NCBI GenBank assembly: GCA_012026655.1
Contig: JAAILG010001561.1
Coordinates: 1 to 64,000, forward strand
DNA from: Hydrolagus affinis
Taxonomy: Eukaryota
Length of the DNA stretch: 64,000 nucleotides
Direction: 5' to 3'
The translations under genes and the position numbers were made by a program. The notes beneath the pieces were generated by a model. It was not told the DNA's origin, did no database searches, and saw only the letters and a list, made by a program, of their open reading frames with translations. Numbering within the stretch: position 1 is the first letter of the stretch; every line of letters starts with the position of its first letter. This document shows, in pieces, positions 24,003 to 37,935 of the stretch.

Positions 24003-24310
24003 GTAGGTATCCATCCATATCCTGATTGTTTTGTCATTTTCAGAGTGGTTTTCCTCGTGTTACTCCTAGTGTAACTAGTTGACTTTTTGTGGGACAAGGT
24101 AAAGCCCGTGTCTACATGAAGCAACCACTTGTGGAACTGATCAGCCACTTCAGTTATCTCATTTTTTAAATGGTGGAGTTAAAATCATTACAGAGAGTAA
24201 TTTTTTTTGGTACATGCAAAAATTATTCAGCACAGATCTAACGGGTCTTCTTGATCACTGACAACTGCCTCCCAGTGGGAATGTTTATTGGCAGTTTGAG
24301 AAATGTTCAA

Positions 24311-24557
24311 GGGCAAGCCTTCAGCAACTCTGCCTCCAACCTCTGGAAATCCATCCAGCAATCCCTCCGCCTCACCCCCTCCTTAGCCTCCTTCAAATTC
24401 CTCCTCAAGACCCTCCTCTTTGACTGTGCCATCGGTCAACTTCCTTCCCTCCACCGTCCCTGGTCCCGACCCCAGCTCGGGTCTGAAACACTGTCCAGTG
24501 CTTGGGATGTCCTCCCGATGTGAAAGGCACTATACAAATGTAATTCTGTTGTTGTTA
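24311..24557 (+). mobile_element. L2-clade LINE 3' fragment
   Basis: GQAFSNSASNLWKSI...SFKFLLKTLLF plus the shared tail ending (TTG)n. Confidence 0.8.
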
Positions 24558-25747
24558 TTATTCCTGATGATAGATGTCTGGGCAATGCCTTTGCTTCCAG
24601 TTACTGAGAGGTGTTTTTTTCCCCTAATTATATTAAAATAATTATTCTCTTGAGTTATCTGTAAACCTTCTCAGTCTGGGGTTGAAAAAATTGCATGCTC
24701 TCACCTTCGTACTATATATGTAAATGAAGTTCAAGAACTAAAATCATCTGGAATAGATGAATTGCTTGTGTATTTGTACACAGGACATTAATCTTGTCAC
24801 AAAGACTCTTTTGTACCTTTGGACTGTTGCACAACTAAGGGTCTTATTAACTGCAACTAAACTTTAATGCTTAATAGCAAATATTTTCCCAGATTATGAG
24901 TGAAGATTCTTAAATTTGAAGATTTTAAATGCCCTTTTAGTCAGGAAGACAGTGGGACACATTTTTTTTTTTTGGTCCTTTAGTACCTAGACTGAGGGGA
25001 AAGACAGATGATTCCCTCCCAATCCATTTAATGGTAAGAAATATACAAGAAGCAACTCTGTTGTATGGAAAAGCTTTGGTAGGTGTTTAGTGTTCATTTG
25101 GGATGATGGACTTGCCACATAGAGAATTATGGGGTGAAAAATATTCCACGACTCTGACATGTTGCATTGGAGCATTAGCTATCAAAGCTATGCCTCCAGT
25201 GGATACTTAAAGAATGTGCCTTTGGCCTAGCTGTTCTTTATCCCTTTCTGAATTAGGACAGGATTGGCCATGGCTGTGGTATTGCCACAGTTAAATTATT
25301 GCCAACGGCTTACTTGTCATGACTCGAGTGATGAATAGCCCTTTGTCCCAGGTACCAGAGGGCACTCGGCGCCAATATTTCAGCATGAGTCATGCCTTCA
25401 GGAAAAAAGGGTGGAAGTGGTGTGGGGGGATGGTGGGAGATGAAACAGAATGCAGAGAAGGAAAGCCCAGTACTTATTTTAAAACTAAAATTTGGTCTTT
25501 GCAAGGTAATAGATGCTTTAGTTCAGTCATTCACTTTTCCCAACTTGGTAACCTGTCACTTTTTGTCCACACACAGCCAAGACTTGCTATAGAAGACATC
25601 CTGCTATATATAGCTCCATTCCCATTTTGAAAATTGCACTTTGATCTATGTACTTCAGAGAATAAACCTGCAGCTATCTGGTCCTGTAAGGTCTGTTGCT
25701 GCTGTCCAGCAATGAACACAATGGTCCAATTCTTGTTCTGTTTGCAG

Positions 25748-25872
25748 GTTGCAGCTAATTGCCGATGGATTGATGGAGCGGTTCATTGCATCGGGACTCA
25801 TGGGGAAGGAGTGGGACCGGGTGAAGCTCCACGCTACTCTGATGAACACGATCTTCAGAAAGGACCCAACTG
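25748..25872 (+). CDS. ASCC1: ASCC1 coding exon 7, second HxT motif
   Basis: LQLIADGLMERFIASGLMGKEWDRVKLHATLMNTIFRKDPT; ttgcag| and G|gtatgt. Confidence 0.96.
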
Positions 25873-26196
25873 GTATGTGATGTGGTCGCCCATCGTCTCT
25901 CAATCCTATTATGAACCTGGGTTGTGCCAGGTACATACAGAAACCAATTATTTATTGCTATATCTGCAGATTGTAGCTAATTGCTGGCCTGCTCACACAA
26001 GTATCTCTTCTTATGTCAGCATAACCGAAGTGTACTATTGACTGCAAGGCTAACCTTTATGAACTGGAGATATTGATATAAAGATAGCTTATTTAGATTA
26101 CAAAATGGATGATTAATTTGTATATAAATTGATCGAATCTCAACTTATATTTTCTATATTATCTGAATATCCATGCTTTTCTAGTTTTCTCTCAGT

Positions 26197-26425
26197 CATA
26201 GAAACACGAGTAGGTCATTCAGCCTCTCCAGTCTGTTCTGCCATTCGATAAGATAATGGCTGATATGTACCTCAACTCCAATTACCTACCATTGCCCTGT
26301 ATCCCTTGATACCCTGAACTAACAAATATCTATTCACCTCAGTTTTGAAAATGTGAATGGATTCAGCATCCGCAGTCCTTTGGTGGAGTAAATTCCAGAT
26401 TTCCATTATTCTTTGGGTGAAGGTA
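26197..26425 (-). mobile_element. CR1-clade LINE 3' fragment
   Basis: catagaaacacgagtaggtcattcagcctctccagtctgttctgccatt... resembles the reverse complement of a CR1 3' end. Confidence 0.6.
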
Positions 26426-26490
26426 TATTTATTACTTGGTTTCAGAAGAATTTTTTTTAAAGCTATGATTATATATTTTTTTCATTTCAG

Positions 26491-26567
26491 TTGAAGACAG
26501 AAACACAGCTTCAGGAAAACATAATCCACGTGAAAGGGAGTCATTTGATGCAAGAAATATACTAAAG
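26491..26567 (+). CDS. ASCC1: ASCC1 coding exon 8
   Basis: VEDRNTASGKHNPRERESFDARNILK; tttcag| and AAG|gtgtgt. Confidence 0.93.
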
Positions 26568-27746
26568 GTGTGTCACCAGCTATTAAGCGTAGATTAGATC
26601 CAATTTAAAATATAGTTGTCAGGACTACTTGTTTGGAGATTGGAGAGCATACAGAAAGAAACAGTCAATGAGAGATAGTAAGTTAATTGCCCCATGGTTA
26701 TTCATTATGACAATGAAATTACCTCTAACCCTCAAATTGAGATGCAATTAAATGTATACAGTATAGTACTCTGAAAAATATCTGAACCTTTCTGTTTTTT
26801 GGGTTTATTTTTAAACAAATTGATTGCTCACCTGGCTTTGCGTCAGCCATAAAGTTGACCATGACGATTTGCTCTTACCATAGTTACATAATGAGCCACT
26901 CTGTGGACTATTATGAAAGGCTGTTTATGAGACTTGCTCCTGTATGAAACCTGTAAATTACACCGAGAATTGGACTGAAGGGCAGCTGCATTTCAAGGTA
27001 ATGAGGACAGAAACATGATAGATACTCCTAGCTAGTAGTCTTATTATCAATCCCTACTATGTTCACTATCTTTGAGATTGAAGGGGAAGCTGCCACGTTG
27101 GTTTCTCATTATTACATATTTGAGGCTGTCTATGTTTAGCATAGATACCCAGGGAGTGCCTTAAAGGGTTGTAATTGAATTTTAAGGTTCAGATGACGCT
27201 TGTGCAGCAGGCAAGGTTGGTCTTTGATGCCACTTAAACCTCTTGATTGGATTGCGGCCTTTAATTCACTGCTGGCTATTGCACAAATCTATTTTTTGTG
27301 ATGTGTGCCTGGAAAAAAACTAGTTGTTGTGCAGCAGGCATGCTGCGACTTCAACAGCAAGGTTGATACATATTAACCAAACACCTGAGCTCCTGCAGCT
27401 GATTGTGAAGGTAGGACTTGAAACAACACAGTAACAGGAGCTAAAGCAATTTCAGGCTATTTTATTAATAGAGGGAATGCTAGAAAGATGGTTCGAGCAA
27501 TTAATTTAAACTGAATGGTGGTTTCCTTTGACTAACATGGGGTGTAAAGTTGATATTTCACAATATCTTGGGTATGTGCTGCCCAGCTTTCAGAAATGGC
27601 AAATATTCAGTTTTAAGGCTGACTATAACTCAGCTGTAGCTTCTTACATGGGTATCTGTTTAGTCTTACAGATGGAGATATTGATTATATCTCACTGTTG
27701 TCAAGTGCTTGAGCTGTTTTGTATCATTCCCCCAAAACCTGGAGTT

Positions 27747-27770
27747 TGTTGTTGTTGTTGTTGTTGTTGT
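27747..27770. repeat. (TTG)n microsatellite
   Basis: Seen directly; it produces the poly-C and poly-T runs in spurious ORFs. Confidence 0.85.
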
Positions 27771-29159
27771 TTGCTTTCTGCAACATTCGTGAGCATATAT
27801 GTACAGTAAAGGCGCATTTTGAAGCATTTCTGTTTGCACATTGTTGTCTTTAAGTAACATTGCTTTATTGGTAGTTTGTTGATTATAGAATGATTTCCTT
27901 CGCTAGAGTTTTTTTTGCCCAGCCCATTTCACATAGTAATGATTAAGATTACACAGTTATTCATGGGTCAAATAACTTCTCACTGTAGAAATGCTGCTTC
28001 TGTTTTTAAAAAAATGTAGATGCACTTTGTGCCGCCAACATTTTTGTATTAGGAATTTTAAAATGTATTCTTCAAAATATTCCACCCTTAATCTTTAAAG
28101 CATTATGCTTTACTGATGATTTTTATACCAACGTGAATTGAAGTGCTAGCAAACAGCAAGTTTAATTGATATTTCAGAAGAGGCTACCCCAAAATATTAA
28201 GATATTAAACTTATTTTGATTCTGAGAATTTATTTAATATCTCTTCTGACCATTTCCATTTTAACTCAGATCTTTATGGCACTCTTTCAGTTTGATAATG
28301 GTATGAGATTTTCATTTTTTCAGTGTAAAAGCCATAGCATCCTAGCTTTTTAACTTATTCTATTTTCTGATGCATGTAATTAGAAAAAGCAGCAGATCCC
28401 GTTCAGTATTGGTGATTCACTAACAGCAACTCAGAGCTGTTAGCAGGAAATCCTGTTGGCAACCAATAGTACATCATGGCTGACAGCGACTGCAATTTAT
28501 TTCTTGAGTGTGGATCTGGCAAGCTGGCTTCTGTCTTGTAGGTTACTGTTAGGATTCCATGTCAATGGCTCTAAATCGCTGTTATTCAATCTTTTTGTGA
28601 ATGTTTGCTTTTTTGTGGAACTTTCATCACAATACATATCATTATAATTGAAAGTGCTTGTCTCCATGTTGTGTTGAATTTGTTATTTTTTTTCCAGGGT
28701 AAGCTGTCAGACTTTAAAAATTGGTTTTCATCCAGTCCCGTGAGATGTTTGTATCTGGGATGGAATCACACTTAAAATAAGTGGGGAGAGTTTTAAAGGA
28801 AGGAATTATTTCCAGAGGTCTTTATGAATTTCAATTTCAATGCATTTCTCCCACTCCCTATTTTTCCTGACAAGTTCCATTTTGTGCAACTGTTATTGCA
28901 GGATAAGTGTCTAAAACCCTAGCCTCAATATTTGTCAGTGTATCCTTGAGTAGAGTAAGGGCTAAACACCAGTGACATGACTTGTGTTAATTTTGTGCTT
29001 GGAGTTTGGGAAGGTGAGGGTTAAAGCACTTGTTTCAATATTTATTTAGGGAAAGATTTGGATAAATAATTCTGCTAAACTAATGGTGTTCCAATATGTC
29101 CAAGGGAAAAATATCACCTCTTCCATCAGTAAAATATTGATACTTTCTTTCTGTTACAG

Positions 29160-29276
29160 AATTTTGAAAATTACCATTTTGGTGAAGTCGAGCTGAACAC
29201 TGTGCACATCTCCCAAAGGTTCTCCACCGACAGTTCTGGGTTCTACGTTTCTTCTGGAGTCATTAACTTCTCATAG
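29160..29276 (+). CDS. ASCC1: ASCC1 last coding exon
   Basis: NFENYHFGEVELNTVHISQRFSTDSSGFYVSSGVINFS-TAG; the nine exons total 1065 nt = 354 aa plus stop. Confidence 0.95.
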   Translation, partial: NFENYHFGEVELNTVHISQRFSTDSSGFYVSSGVINFS

Positions 29277-30713
29277 GCCACAGTCTTAATGAACCATGAT
29301 TAATCTACAGGCAGTGATGTGCAGGATAACATCCTCTGAAGAGTATCTCTGAGAGATACAACTTTCACGGCTCAATGTGGTATCTTTAGAGAAACAATCT
29401 CATACTTGCCAATTAATTACTGATGCACATCCTCTCTTCTGGGGAGAGGAGTTGAATCAATATACACAGTGCTACAAGAACATTCCACTGACATAAAGGC
29501 TATCATTGTTAACACATTTGGGTAAAAAATGGTGATTGTAGAGCATTGCTGTCTGCTGGAAAAGACGTGATTTCATGTTTTATAATTCATGATTGTATAG
29601 CACGACTTGCAAGTTAGGATAAAGGTTAGGTATTTATATTTGCGTGAAATGTTTTGAGATTCTTTTTTATCTATTAAGGTGAGAGATGTTAGTGCTGGTA
29701 AATAGAACAACTTTCCATTTTGTGCACCCAGGGGTCAGGCACAGCAATGTACAGAGTAAAGCATGAGACTCTACTCATATCTTTATATAGTTATGGAAGC
29801 AAGTGTTGCTTCCATTAGTGCCTTGGATTGATATTCCCACATACTGAAATTTATATTAAGATATTTTGTTTGCTGTTGCTTAATTATTCTGTGAGGTGGG
29901 TGGAAGCCATAAATTGTAATATTCCACAAAAGCATAATATCTAATTATTTAAAAATTACATAAAACATTACAGTACAGAAACAAGCCATTCATTTGAACC
30001 ATTCCAATCCTTTCTCCCTCATGTTTTATTTATTTAGGTAGTGTGACCTCACCAGATTAATTTATATGGTCTACTCCTGTGGGGTTTTCAGTCCACCCAT
30101 GCATTCTTGTGTAAATTTGCAAGTATTGTATAACAAAAATAATGGTTGAATTTAAAAAAAAATTAACAATACTGTACTTCCTTGCAAATTGTTTTTCCCT
30201 CTTCCACAATTGTTTTATCTTACTCATTCTCTCTTTCCCCTTTCTGATTTTACTTCAAATTCACTTTTCCCAGATTTTCAACCTTTTTGATGTCTGGTGT
30301 ATTGCAAACCTAGCCAGTTTGATCTTTGGTGTGATTTTCCAGTACCAAATAGTTACTACTGTAGGTTAAGCTGTCTCATCCACAATACCAGCACTATCAT
30401 TAAAGTATTGCTGTTACGATTTTGGTTGTTTTTGTTCTGTACTTTTACATTGTGAATGATGGGATTGTGTATTCATGACTGCCAATCCCAAATTCTAAAC
30501 TGCCAATGTCGGAAAATGGCAGATGTAAAAGTTACTTTATCTGCAGGATATTGGCATGCTGCTTGGAAAGGTTTTCAATATTATTATTAATGGCACATAC
30601 TCCCAATGTGAAAGGCACTCTGCTGTATAAATGTAATGTTGTATTAATTTGATAAACATGTGACAACTCTATTCAATGGAAGCATGCAGTCAACTACATT
30701 AATAAAGATCTGA

Positions 30714-30996
30714 TAATAATTAATAATCCTTGCATTCGATAGCGCTTTTCACATCTCATTGATGTCTCAAAGTGCTTCACAGAATATATTGGGCGAAACG
30801 CGGTAGACAATTGCCCACAGCAGTGTCCCATAAACAGTCATGGATTGAAATGACCAATTTTTATTGTTGTGTTTTTTTGGGGACAGATTATTATTAGGTG
30901 TGTGGAGTAAAGAAACTTACCCAAGGTTTTGCCCTGATCTGCCTGGATTCGAACTCAAGTCTCACACTTGTAAGGCGAGTGCTCTAATCACTGAGC
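30714..30996 (-). mobile_element. tRNA-derived SINE
   Basis: Reverse complement of the family at 47910; AAT-repeat tail at left, A/B boxes at right. Confidence 0.8.
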
Positions 30997-33849
30997 ATTG
31001 AGTGGCAGTGTGTTTCACTGCTTTCCATTCACTCCATTGGGAAAAATATAAGCACCCAGGACCACTTGTAATTTTAATATAGTAAAAATGATTCATTATA
31101 TACCAATATAGAGTACCAAGGAAACAGCCTCATGGATCTCCCTATCTGGGAGATTTTTCAATGGGATTTTTCATGTATGTCAGTCTCTAGGCTCACAGAA
31201 GAGGAAGAGACACTCAATCGAGGATTTTTCTCCAGTGGTTAATATCCATCACACCAAGAGGAATACCATACATAAAATATCAAGTACTTCACATTGATGG
31301 TGATTCTCATTATACTCCTCAGTTCTGTTCTCCTTTAATACTCAGTACACTAAATGCAGTCAGTTCACTGCCAATCTTCCAGAGAAAATAGCACATTCAA
31401 ATTCTAATCACATTTGGGGAAAATGTATGCTTTTGTGAGGTGTTTTTCTGCGTTTGTCTCAAATGAATTTCTAAATGAATGCTAAGTAGCTTGTGTTACA
31501 AAGATTTGTTAATTGACCAATTTTAGCAGGAGTTTACAGAAATCCAGATCCAAGTATAATTCTGAGCCAAGAATATATAATGTATCTTGGCAAAAAGGTT
31601 TGGTATTCATCCCAATTAAACAATGCAGTGATTTGTGCAATAATTGGGAGGCTTTTCTTCCCAATCTTGAGATTTTTGCCATGCCGTTTAACAGGTACTC
31701 CTTTCTTTGTTTTGCCACTGTTGGGAAATTGGTTCTACATAAGTAATCCAGATCAGAGGGGAAATGCACACTCAAAATAATTGTTGCCATAATGCCTTAT
31801 TATGCAGAGTTACACAAAGATACATGACTTGATTTGTTCCAGTTTCTCTGCTACCTCTCTGTGCTGAATATTGGATTTCTTCAATCAGTGTAGTTGCAGA
31901 GCAGACACGTTACGTTCACTCAATAAAATAAGCATAGACCCATAGTCGAGCAAATAATCACATACTGAAGTATGCAATTTCCTTCTCCTGACACAACACA
32001 AAAGAACTGCATTTATAGTCCCAAGAAGTAAACCCACAAGAAAAAAAAATTCCAGACACAAATTGACTGGGAAGACATGATCAATGTTCTAAAGGACATT
32101 GAAGGCCACTCAGCATCGCTGCCAGTAAAGATGCATAATTTGTTTCTTCTCATTATCAGCAAAGGGTTTCAATCCAATACAGTACTGTACTCACATCTTA
32201 TAATGTTTAACTCAGTCGATTTTAAAATGTATCCTTGTTTATTTTTGTTCTATAAAGGATAGGAACAGTTGGATACATTAACAAGTTAATTTATCTCCAC
32301 CTGATGCAGTGTATAAACTTGCTGTTAACTAATAATAATCTTAAGGATCTTTTAGACATTTTCACACCCCCTACCCTCTTACATTTATTCTCAATGCACC
32401 AAACTGGCTCAGGACAAACACTTTTGGTTCAATCACACAGAGCTATCAATCAACTAACTCAAATGTTCCTCAAACTGTAGAACCATTCAACTTTCTGTTT
32501 GTTTATTGTTACTTTCTTAGCTCACTGGCATCTAACTGAGGCATGTTATATTGTTCTAGATCTACTCTGTTGTATGTTTGCATTTTGGAAGTGTATTTAA
32601 GTAAGGAGACTGTAAAATATAGGAATCATCAATGGTGTGTAATAATCCCGTGTAATTAAATGTGGCAGTTTTCTGTTAACTTAATAACTAAAGCTTTGAG
32701 TGTAGTTTCCCCCAATTGAGTTCCATCACAATGGATAGCTTTGGAAATGTACCCACAGCCTCAGGGTTCTGGGCCGAAAGTGTTGGAACAAAATCTCCAC
32801 ACAGATCTGGGAGTTCCAAACCCCTTCCAGCTTCTGCAAGTTCACTCTTGGTCAGACTTCTCTAAATGAACCAGTTTGGTTCAGGGAATTCAATCTGTAT
32901 GACAGAATAAGCACAGGTGCTTATTTGGCTGGATTCTCTTACAAGAATTGCACGCTCAATGGTAAATAGAAACCCAAATTCCTGCGCATCAATATAATTT
33001 TTCAAGTATTTCTGTTGTTAATTGGGGAATCAAATCTATTGCAAATAACCCCCCCACCCCACCAACCCCATGCCCTGCATCCTATCTCCAGAGCAGCTAG
33101 CCTGATACACTAGATATGAATGTGAACCTATTTTGTTAGTTGCTTTCCCAAGGGATAATGAAGAAACAGGTTTTAGGCTTCAGGTGGATGGCCACATGCA
33201 GTCCCATTCTGTTAACCACACCACCTGCCAAACCCTTTGAGGTGGTAACAATGCTGATGTATGTATTTGTCACTCTTCTCCTACACTCTAACCCCCTTCT
33301 CCCTGAGTCTCACTGATGGGCATTTCAAGTGCGACATTAAGAACGCCTAGAACAGGATTCACATCCTCTCTTGCTGAAGGCTTGGGAAGGGGAGAGGGTG
33401 GGTAGGGTAGGGGGGGGGGGGGAAGACATTTTAAAGACGTGGTGTAGAGGTTTTACAGCTCGAAGTGAGAGAGAATAAAATCAAACTAGCGAATAGATAG
33501 GACAAGATTAACGAGCAATATGTATCCTCCCCAAAGCCATCGACTCATTTCCATCCCAGACAGAAGCACGTTTGGTGTTGCTGAACAATTAATAATGTAT
33601 CTTCTGAAATGCCTCTAATTGTAAATTATTTTACAATTTTAAAGGAAGGTATTGCATCTCTTGGCAACCTTAAGGGGATGAAGCTGACTGTCCCTTTGGA
33701 CTGACTGACTGACTGTCTTGTGTTTGTTCCCTTCACCCGAAATGTCAGTTAGGCTTGTGTAAGCTCTGGTTTGATGCTTTAATAGCGGGTTCACTGAATC
33801 AAATCTGCAATTTAAAGTCCCATTTTCACACACCTTTAAATGCATGTGA

Positions 33850-34076
33850 GTATGAGAGAGAGAGAGAGAGATGTGATGTGTGTGACTTGGCGCAGACTCA
33901 CACAGTCTCAGACTGAGATTAGAGGGAGGGAGAGAGGAGGGGAGGAGGAGGGGGGGAGAGAAGACAAGAGGGAGGAGGAGGGGGAGTTGTTTAGAGTTGC
34001 TGTAAATAGTGAAGCATCTCTCATTTGCAAACCCCGACCTGCAAGTGCAGCCGCATCGCTCCAGCCTGAGGGGAGA
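33850..34076 (+). promoter_or_regulatory. Putative SPOCK2 promoter/5' UTR (GA- and GGA-rich)
   Basis: (GA)n and GGA-rich purine tract directly upstream of the signal-peptide ATG; TSS not determinable. Confidence 0.4.
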
Positions 34077-34250
34077 ATGATGAAGCCTCTGAGCCTGTTC
34101 CTTGTCCCTCTGTTGATGGCAGTGGTGATGGCAACGGAGGGTGATCCCGGTAAAGGGGGGAATAACGGCAATTTCCTAGAGGATGAGCAATGGCTGTCCA
34201 CCGTCTCCCAGTACAGTCAGCAGATCAAAGACTGGAACCGATTCAGAGAC
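34077..34250 (+). CDS. SPOCK2: Testican-2, first coding exon with signal peptide
   Basis: MMKPLSLFLVPLLMAVVMA...GNFLEDEQWLSTVSQYSQQIKDWNRFRD|gtgagt is the testican N-terminal motif; paralog assigned by adjacency to ASCC1. Confidence 0.92.
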
Positions 34251-37200
34251 GTGAGTTCCCTGTGTATATATACACACACACACACACAGTACAGTATATG
34301 TAATATATATATATATTTAGAGATGCATCTCTTTGTTTTTTCAGTTGAGTCCAAAAAAGACACCAGAAACTTATTATTTCAGAAGATACTGATTGCAGAG
34401 AAAGAGAGAGAGCGAGAGACACACACACACACAGAGAAACACACAGAGAGAGTCAGAGTTACAAGGAATCTCTGCCTAGAGAATAATGGTTGAATAGATT
34501 CAGTTTCATCTCATAGCCTTGGATGAAATCAGTGCTGAAAGGTTTGGTGCTGCAATGGCAAGTGCGTTGCCCCCAAAACATTGTGTGTGGGTTTCCTCTC
34601 ACTACCCTGTGCTATGAATTCACCTGCTATCGGTCCTGTTAAATTGCAATAAACGTTATGAAATGCCCCTATCATGATGGAAGACTTTGGGGCGTTTTTC
34701 TCTCTCTCTCTCTCTCTCCTTTTATTTGTAAAACAAACCCATGTATCATAATTTGGTGATTTTCAATCGATTTTTTTTAAAAAAAGAAATGTCTAATAGA
34801 TCAGGTATGTTCTCTGATCTCACGGGAAAAAAAACAGCAATGAGTTTGTTGCCACCCAATTTTGATGCTCTCCTCACTTGAAGTTTGCAGTCAGTCGCAT
34901 CACCTGAGATTTGGGGGTTGAAAGGTAAAAGGAGAAATGCTAGAATTTCTTTGGATCTATTTGTGTGCTGTGACTTGCTGCAATTTGCGGGGTGGTGATG
35001 ATGGTGGTGGTGGTGGCTTCTATTCTGTGAGTTTGCTTCTGCAGAGAGTCCTGAGGGAATCACCGCACAAACACATCATTGTCTCTTTTATCCCAATCAT
35101 CAGGCAGCAGCTTTATGTCAGGAATCAGTCTCACTGTCCCACCCTCGAAGGGCAACGGTAGAGACTAAACTCAGTTACCAGAGTTCAGCCTTTCTCTGTT
35201 ACCCACTTGTCCCCTGCACTTCACCACCCCCCACCCCCTCCCACCCTCCACAACACTCACACACAGAAACAGCTGAAGGCTTAATTGTGATCAGGTAACG
35301 CTGACAGGTTTCTTAAACTTTGTTTATCCTGTAAGTATTGATTAATTTTAATAAGTGGGGAGCTTATGATTTTCAAATTTCCCGAGCCAGAAGTGAATTA
35401 TGTAGGTCATCTGCATAGCTGGCTATTAAATAGTTTTCATGATATTTTACCAGCCTGGAATGGTGGCTGTTTCTTGCCTGGTAATTAAAAAAAAATAAAC
35501 CGGGATGTGGATCTCTCTCAGGAGCCTTTACATCTTGGAATATGTGGGAACAGAGCTCTCCTAAGAGTTGCCCTGTTGGCTGCAGGGAAAAGCCATGATC
35601 CTGCAGATATGGCACCCCTTGCCCTGAGTGTGTTTAGGGTGCAGTTTATGCAGAACCACACTCAGGCTATACTTTAACACTGCAGAGATGCCCTCAGTAA
35701 TATGACTGCCATCATCACAGTGCCGGTGATGTCATTGGGTATGCAACATTGCCCAACATTGTTCTTTGGTGACAATACCCTTTCCTGTCTTAACCAACTC
35801 ATCCTTACGCTACGGCCATACATAGTGGACTTATAGGTGAACATATAGATTTTCATCTGTGTGTTTAGACAGGATTATCACTGATTTTCCAGGAATTTTA
35901 CAATTCAGGACCACAGCAGCAACAGGACCATAGAAACAGCTGAAGGCCAATCAGACCATTGAGCTTACTCTGTATTTTATTAGCTCTTGACAGCTCTTTA
36001 TCTTTTTAATCCCATTTATGCGTCTTTTCTCCATATCCCTTAATACCATCACTTCCAAAGTGCATGTCTATCGCCCTTTCAAACACCCATTGTTTATTCT
36101 GCATCTATGACTCTGGAGCAAGATGTTTCACATTCCCACAACCCTATGTGAAGAAATGTTTTCCAGATTAATTAACCTACAGACTTGACTTTATTTATCT
36201 ACATTTTGTTTTAAGATCATTCCCAAAGATTATATGAATTGGTCATTTCAATCTATGACTGTTTGTGTGACACTTCTGTGCACAATTGGCTGCCACATTT
36301 TGCCCAGAAATATACCAGTCAATTCACTTTACAGCATATTCTGTGAAGCGTATTGAAACGTCTAGAAGACGTGAAAAGTGCTACAGTGTTATCAAATGCA
36401 AGAATTGTATTTACTAAAGAGAGACTTGCAGATATTTTTATATAGAGGACCATGAGGATATAAAATGGTTCAAGCAGAACCCATATTAGCTTCTAAAAGA
36501 GAATTAGAGAAATATTTGAAAAGGAGCATTTTCAGTAGATGTAGGGAAAGCCTTGGGATGTCCTCCCAGTGTAAAAGGCAATATACAAATGTTATTTGTT
36601 GCTAATAGTGAAGACGGTAACACAAAGGTCAGATGTTTGCAGTTAACTTTAGCTTTCAACAATGTTAATAAGATCGGATCTCATCAACAATCTGTCTCTA
36701 TTCTTGGGTGGAACTGGGATTTCAGGAATTGCAGATTGGGAGGGAATCATGACTATGTGAGTCATGGCATGGTGCATCTGCATGAACCTCTGTATGAACT
36801 CCTACCATACCTTGAAGTAAGTGATGCATAAGTGAGAGGGTAAGCAGGTGATGTTCTCATCTATTAATAGGGCATTTGGAGTTGTGTGAGTTCAGTGTCC
36901 CTCATGGGGTAATCCCTAGACTCCACTCAAGCCACTCAACAGCATTGAGGAATTATCCTACAGGGTTTCAGCGTTCATGTTTTTATTTATTTGTAGGAAG
37001 GCAGTTATTATATTGGGTTGCCTCTTGTCTTCTCATTCTGTCTTCTAGTTGTAATCTGAGGCGTCCACCCTGTAAGTGGCACTAATGATTGGTTTAGAGA
37101 TTTACTTTCCTTCAGACTTACCCTCTCTCTCTGTTTGGAAGTGATTTGGCCCATCATGGATCACTTCCATAAGTCAAAGTTCAATTTGGCAATTCAGACC

Positions 37201-37655
37201 GAGAGGAACCAAGAATATTATCCCATGACCCAGTGTCCTTTCATGTCAGCAGATGTATGTGGCAATGTCATCATCGCCACCAAAAATACTTTTTATGACA
37301 ATGTGCCTTAGTATTAGTATTTTAATAAATCCAAACAGAAGTGTTTTTTGTGCTGTTGCCGAGTTGGAACTGAGCCACGATGCAGTTGAGGTTGCAGTTT
37401 CCGTTGCCTAACCTATTACCCCGGTAACTGGTTGCATAGATGTACCCTGGAGTGCAGTGTTGTGGCACCTATACTCCAATCAACAGAGAGGCTGCTGTCC
37501 CCAGGCAATATGCTACTCCATTTATTTATTTTATTTTTAAAAAACACCTGGAGTCAATGAAGGAGGAGGGAAATAAAGCAAAAAAAGGGAAAAGGTTCTG
37601 AATACGGATGAAAAATTGAATTAAATAGGTTTCCAAATGGACTTACACCCTACAT

Positions 37656-37935
37656 GTGGAATCCTGTACAAGCAAGAGACTTGGGTTCAATTCCAGGCAG
37701 AGCAAAACCTTGGGCAAGTTTCCTTACTCAACACGCCTAATAATCATCCCTCAAAACAACTCCATAATAAATTGGTCATTTCAATCCGCAACTGTTTGTG
37801 AAACATTCTTGTGTGCAATTGGCTATTTTGTTTCGCCCACATGTTTACAGTCAATTCACTTTACAGTATATGCAAGCTCTTTGAGATGGCTAGGAGATGT
37901 GAAAAGTGGATATCAAATGTAAGGATTATTATTAT
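37656..37935 (+). mobile_element. tRNA-derived SINE
   Basis: B box GGTTCAATTCC, shared body and ATT tail. Confidence 0.75.

Noticed and set aside
25634-26041. 135-aa ORF
   Set aside because: Alternative frame overlapping ASCC1 exon 25748-25872.
33840-34076. In-frame N-terminal extension of SPOCK2
   Set aside because: Low-complexity translation of GA/GGA repeats; the signal peptide starts at 34077.
34520-34556. Possible REST/RE1 site near the SPOCK2 first exon
   Set aside because: Only half-site-like GTGCTGA matches; the GGACAG half is missing.
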